Of a stretch of DNA of 64,000 bases, positions 58,376 to 64,000 are shown in pieces. Made by a program: the position numbers and the translations under genes. Each line of letters begins with the position of its first letter. The stretch's first letter is position 1. Source of the stretch: Isurus oxyrinchus (Eukaryota); contig JANJGN010000009.1 of the NCBI GenBank assembly GCA_026770705.1, positions 163,928,001 through 163,992,000 of the forward strand, given 5' to 3'. The notes below the pieces were generated by a model. It was not told the origin of the DNA and ran no database searches. It saw only the letters and a program-made list of their open reading frames with translations.

Positions 58376-60234
58376 GTGAGTGACAGCCAGAGCTGGATGT
58401 TCCGATATTCTGAGTTGGTTTAACTCTCGTGCGCTGGTTATACAGGAGATGTTTAAATATTTGGAGACATGCAAAGGCACAAGAGAGGTCTTGGGCACAG
58501 TGGGTAGTGTCTCTGTATCTGAGCCAAAAGCTCTGTGTTTGAGTCCCACTTCTGTTCTTGTTGAGAATGGAAGGCGCGTTCTAACCAGGACCAACAGATT
58601 GATTATCAACCTGAAAATCTTCCAACAGACCGAAGGCTGGTGGTAAGAGGGTTTAAGATCCCAGTCCAACATGTTTGATGTGGAGTGGTGCCGCTCATTC
58701 TGTTGTCTCCGGAGGTTAGTGACCTGTTCCAGGGAAAACAAGCTTTGGAAAGCAAAAGTAAACATGTGCTTTGTCTGCCGCATCCGTCTCTAGATGTGGG
58801 AAGTCTCCTAAGTCTAAAGGCACAGAATAGTCAGCAAAACCAAATGAGTAATAATTGTGAAGTATTTTATTACCCTGTGAATTTACTATCACACCATGGG
58901 AATAGTTAACAAATAAACTGAACTGCATTATTAATTATGAATGATAAGTAAAGGAGAATTAAATTTTCAGAAAGCTATGCAAGCAACATTTTGAAAATGA
59001 AAACCTTTTTTAATTGGTAATTTTCAATATAATCTGATGTCCAGTATACACTGAAGACTGCAGCGGTAATAATCCCACAAATAAAACATGTCCCAAGTTG
59101 GCGAATATTTCTGTTTTTTAAAGTACATTTGATGAAATATTGTGTTATGAGGCTCTCTCAGTGACACTGTTCCTCACTGGTAGATGGTTGGTCTACATCA
59201 CTCTTCTCATAAGTAGCCTTTTCTTGTTCATTCTTTAACTTTAAGAAACTAGATTTTGCTCATCACTCAGTATTGCCACCTCTCCATCATTTTCGATGAA
59301 TCTATTTTATAACACACAATGTTAAACTCCCAGCCCCATCTGCTCTTAACCACCTCCCCAAAATAGTTTGTGCCTCTAGCTGATCAATTTTATGCAGAAT
59401 ACTTGATGTACTTATGGACAGGAAACTGAATCATGTTTCTGTCTGTTTGGCAATCTTCTTCTTTTCAATCCTTCCTCTTTCTGATCTGATCTCTTTCCCA
59501 TTCCCTTTTCATCTGTAACTTTCCCTGTATCTTTTTCCTTTTCTTCATTTCTCTCTAGCCATTTAATTATTTTCAATCTCTCTTTTGTTATTTTAGTGCA
59601 AACTCTTTCTCAACAGCATGAGTTTCTCTCCCAGCAAGGCCATTGGTCTCATGAACGTTCAAGTCAAGGCATCCAAATCCCTACCTCAGGAATCCATCCA
59701 TACTGTAAGGCCACCTATCACACAACCTCGCAAACCTTCAAGACCTTCAAATCCTACCTTTGGACATCCCTAACTCATTCAAGATCTGAACAACCCCTCC
59801 TGCAAGGACACAAACCTACCCCGCACCCCACCCACCTCAGATCAGAGCAGGGAACTGTCGGCTCCTGTGACCCCCTCCACACTGCTCCCCAGCCGACTGC
59901 AAATCAGGCCTGTCAGTCAGACTGGTTTCTGGCTGTGGAACCTCCTGATGATGTCAAACGCAGTCTAGGGTGAAACCCCAAAATATGAGGCAGAACCCCA
60001 ATTTCCAGGTTCCCTCACTCTACCAGCCCCTGCCAATATGTCAAGAAAATGTCCCAATTATCTCACGAGTATATCATTGTCTGAGACGTGCTTTGGAACA
60101 GAGTGAGGCTCTGATAAGTGTCTATATGAATGATTACTCTCATCACAAACTTGATGGAATTTAACTCATTAAAATGCATCTGTTTGAATTAAACAGTTAT
60201 TTCCTGTTCAATTCCTGAAATGTTGTCTCCTCAG

Positions 60235-60549
60235 TTTTAGGTGCATTGTGGGCAAAAGAGAGAGTAACAGGAGTTGTGGGAAGAGCGATCACAATAGAAT
60301 GTCACTATGATGCGTGGAGGTACAAGTCACATATAAAATATTGGTGTCGCGGCTGGACTCGCCAGTGTAATGTTGTAGCATCGACAAATTGGCCAAATGG
60401 AAGAATATCGATCACAGATAACAAGTCACAAGGATTATTTATTGTTACTATGGAGAATCTTCACTCAGGAGATACAGGATGGTACAGCTGTGGTATTGAA
60501 GCAACTGGCCACGATCCAATGTTTAATGTAAAGCTACAAATATCTTACG
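60235..60549 (+). CDS. Gene B exon 2, CD300/pIgR-type V domain; rest of gene lies beyond the window
   Basis: Open frame VLGALWAKERVTGVVGRAITIECHYDAWRYKSHIKYWCRGWTRQC..DTGWYSCGIEATGHDPMFNVKLQISY; same splice sites as gene A, offset 41,700 nt. Confidence 0.9.
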
Positions 60550-61410
60550 GTACATTTCTTACTGTTTTTCTTTATTACTCTCGACTGAAATGTCTGCTCA
60601 ATGTTTTATCTGGGAGGAAACATGACAGCTCCGACATCCCGAGGCTCCACAGCAATGCAGAGTCTTAAAGGTAAAGGGCAGAGGTCGGGAAATCCAACTC
60701 ATGTTACCCAAACCCAATTCATGGCCTGTCCAACATGTCAGAGTTGAACTTTACAAGTGAACTAAACGGAAATTGAGAAGTTGTTTTGATGGTAAAAGAA
60801 GCCTCTTTATTAATTGTTGAGACATTGGGCTGGATATTCAGCCTCAAAGCGGGTAGGGGGAATTCGGAAAATTCCCCGCTCGGCCTTGGAAGAAAGTGCC
60901 CACAAAGGTGGGATTCCCATTGCTGGGAGCTGTGCCCGGGCTGCAGTCTGGCCAGCCACACCAGGAAGAAATGCAGAGGCAGCCACAGGGGCTGCCGGCT
61001 GCGGAGACGGGCTGTTTAAAAGGCCCCTCCTTAATGCCCTTGGACTTTGTAACAGCTAAACTCAAAACACAAAGGCCCTTCACCCCTCACCCCTCACAGC
61101 CCACAAAGGGGGTGGATGTGAGGGGAAAATTTGTCATGAGGGGGCTTGGAGGTGGGTGGAAGTGTACAGCTTGAAGTCAGGAGCATGAGGGGGTATAAGG
61201 CGTGGGTATAGGGATAGAGGGGGAACGAAGGGCCAAGCGGGTTGGATGGGGGTGTGACTTGACATAGCGGGCATGAGATGCACCTTTTGAACTTAGCTGT
61301 TAAAAGATCCCCTCATGCAGACCAGTGTTTACAGCTCCTCTGAGGGGCTTTGGATTACGACTCATTCAAAACCTGGCCCGAGTCCATGAAAATTGCAGAG
61401 GAGTCGGACG

Positions 61411-62980
61411 TCACTTTGGTCTGAAGGCTGCACAAAGCACAGGGTAGAGGCCCTGGACTGAGACACCAGCCTTTATCTTGTACAGAAAGTGTTCACATGT
61501 GAGTGACATGAACATTGCTCATCAAAACAAGGAGCGATAGGCAGGGAGACATTCTTTGGAGTTTATTGACAATAATGAACAGTATGTACAAGTGATTAAC
61601 ACCCGTGCCCAGGACATGAAACTACATCTCCTCAACCAGGCGGTGTCTGGCGGCACCGTCGAGACGTTCCGTGCTCGGTGGGTGACCACGGGTGTTGGGG
61701 TCCTTTATCCAGCCTCTTAATCACATTTTGGTTTGATGTTGTAAGTTTCCTTTAAATCATGTCTTTGGTTTTGCAGTGACCCTAACCTAGGGGCTGCGTT
61801 TTATATTATCCCTCATTTTGTTAATTTAGTTTATTGGGTTGGCTTTAAAAGAGCTACATCTTCTCAACTTTCCTAATCCTCCCGCTACATCTTGGTGCTC
61901 CGCAGACATCCACAGTGGAGGTAAAGACAGTCTGCTGACTGCTATGCTCTGTCTGTGATAACTTTGGCGGGCGTCCTCTGGAGGCCTGAGGCCTGGAGGG
62001 CCCCGGCTTCCTTTCGAGGTCCTACTGTGTGGCATTAGCACCCTCCATGTCCTGTGGACTGGGAGCTGTCAAGGTCACAGTAAGAGGGGAGTTACCAGGA
62101 TGAATGGCCCCGGAGGGTACAAATGTTGATCCTTCTCGCTATGGGTACCCAATGGCCATTGGCTGAATCCTTGAGGAGCAGGGGTAGCTGGAGTGAGATC
62201 AAGCTGCCTGCACCCCTCTCGCATATACACTGTCAGGGGCCAACTATGCATCAGCAATGGAGTTCAGCCCCGCAGCAGTGTAGGAACGATGCCCTGGACC
62301 AACGTCTCCATGGCAGCTGCCATCCTACCAGTGTTGACCTCGGTGCATTGACATGCCGGCGCTATCACCTCAGAGTGCAGGCGGACGGACTCCTCCATTG
62401 TGCCTTGCAATCTGAGGGGTGCAGCAGATATCCCTTCCTGATGTTCCCGCGTTGGCCTTTCCAGCTCCAGCAACTGTGACATGACCAAATCCAGAAACGC
62501 GTCACCTGACTCAACCTCAGCAAATTTATGGCCTCCAGCTGCCCACTGAGTGCCGGACACCTGGGAAGCCCCTGCCGCTGCCAGCTGTGGATCAGGCAGT
62601 GCGATTTGCTCACCAGCTGTGACCCTGAGTCTACTCTAAAGCTAGATCTCACCGAGGGGTGTGCCTCTGCGCTGGTGGAGGGTGAGGGTGAGGGCAGTGA
62701 CGGTACATCAAGGAGGGTCCCTCCAGGTTCCTCTTCAGAGATTTCTTTGGGGATTACTTGGTGTCCCTGGGTCTCCATCGGCTGTTACCCAGATGTGCGT
62801 GTGGAAGCAAGTGGAAATATTTTGTGCATGGCAGTGGCCTGTGAAACAGGACACATCACTCACAGCATGGTTGTCTGATGGATGTTGCACTGCTGGACCC
62901 TCACTTGGCTGAGGACCGCCGACCTCACCATTAGCACAGGATTGGTCCAGGCCGTTGCCGGCCAGCTGGATGGCCCTGTT
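61411..62980 (-). mobile_element. Harbinger fragment (copy B) with one Tx1 3' insertion at 61637-61854
   Basis: Homologous to about 5140-6500; TSD tacatctcctcaac (61623-61636) / tacatcttctcaac (61855-61868). Confidence 0.82.
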
Positions 62981-64000
62981 TACAAAATACTAGTACTGTT
63001 CAGGAACATGATGTTCATATTTTCATACATGTCGCTGAATTTGTCAGTCACATTTACGCCTCTATTATCAACCAAAGAGCGGGATTGTCCCCGATTTGCA
63101 CTAAGTGCGTTAGTGGGCGGGGGAATCGATGTTTTACCCATCGGCCACAATGGGGGGTTTTCAGGCCGCATCGTCCCAAACCCAACGCATTAGTTATGCA
63201 TTCCCGGGAAACACACCATTTCCATGGTGGGTGGGATCTCATTCACCCCAAACACCATCACTTGACTGCTTCATCAGGCCCAGCACCATATGTAAAGTCC
63301 AGCCTCGTGCACACATCTCAGTGTTTCCAACCCAGGACCACTGCAGGGCAGATATCCCCAAGAGGCAAAAAGACTGTAGCTCCCAGGTTTAGTGAGCTGT
63401 CACTGTAACACATTGTGTACACTGTGGGGGCCCTGCTGTGATGTCCTCTACTCCCACTCTGGCTGCAGTATGGACAGCGCTGTGACCAACCAGGCCTGGG
63501 AGGCGGGGGCAGCGGTGGTATACCCACTGAATTTTATTAAGTTAACCCTCACTGTCAGATAATGTAGACAGTATGAAAGTGTGGATGAGAAACACTTAGA
63601 AACTGTCCTTGCTGGATGGAAACAAATGCTGGAGAGAATGGAAATTTCAAAATGAAATGAGTGGATGCCTGATTGTTTTAGAGAATGAAATGCAGGTACA
63701 ACGAATTTTTTAGGGATCTGAGGAGAGGGCTATCTTGCAATATGATGAAGTATAGAATATTGAGATTTTTAATTCAATTTGTTTCACACTTTTTGGTCAC
63801 CATATTAACTGAAAATTTTACTTAAATGAGAGATGGTCATCATCTAATCGTTTACTAATTGTGTTTAATTGTATGCAGTGGTGGCATTAATTGGTGATTC
63901 ACTTGTGCACCTATAAACAGATGCAGACTGAAACTGCGGGTGGTGGATTTGATTAGATTCACACAGTAAACAGCACTTTAAAACAGTTCCACAAGTCTTA

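Larger units (their letters stand above)
51850..63925 (+). repeat. Segmental duplication copy B
   Basis: See copy A; near-identical ORF-track translations such as 9807..10076 vs 52216..52485 and 13178..13462 vs 54893..55177. Confidence 0.95.

Noticed and set aside
51850-63925. Copy B as a pure assembly artefact
   Set aside because: Sequence is gap-free from 10929 to the window end, with copy-specific insertions, deletions and a strongly diverged V exon. An uncollapsed haplotype is not fully excluded without reads.

Overview
Eukaryotic, repeat-rich genomic DNA, most likely from an elasmobranch (shark/ray), inferred from DeuSINE-like SINEs, CR1/L2 LINEs, Penelope-like elements and the receptor type. 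The core is a tandemly duplicated immunoglobulin-superfamily receptor locus on the + strand. Gene A is complete: 7 coding exons at 16636-37547, 1254 nt in frame, 417 aa. Its architecture is signal peptide, CD300/pIgR/TREM-type V domain, C2-type Ig domain, Ser/Thr stalk, uncharged TM, and a tail with four ITIM/ITSM-type tyrosines, i.e. an inhibitory MDIR/CD300-like receptor. Gene B is about 41.7 kb downstream, with only exons 1-2 in the window. The duplicates are about 97% identical in a compared intron stretch, but their V exons differ at about 25 residues plus two codon indels with almost no synonymous change. The repeats hold three notable systems: (i) a stack of Tx1-like retrotransposon ends and a tRNA-derived SINE inserted repeatedly at one 14-nt target inside a Harbinger DNA transposon; (ii) a Penelope-like element whose terminal repeats, and several short solo copies, carry minimal hammerhead-ribozyme-like folds with a non-canonical core; (iii) a 27-bp G-rich minisatellite at the apparent duplication breakpoint. 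One assembly gap lies at 10666-10928. All counts and alignments were done by eye; repeat boundaries are approximate unless TSD/TIR are stated.
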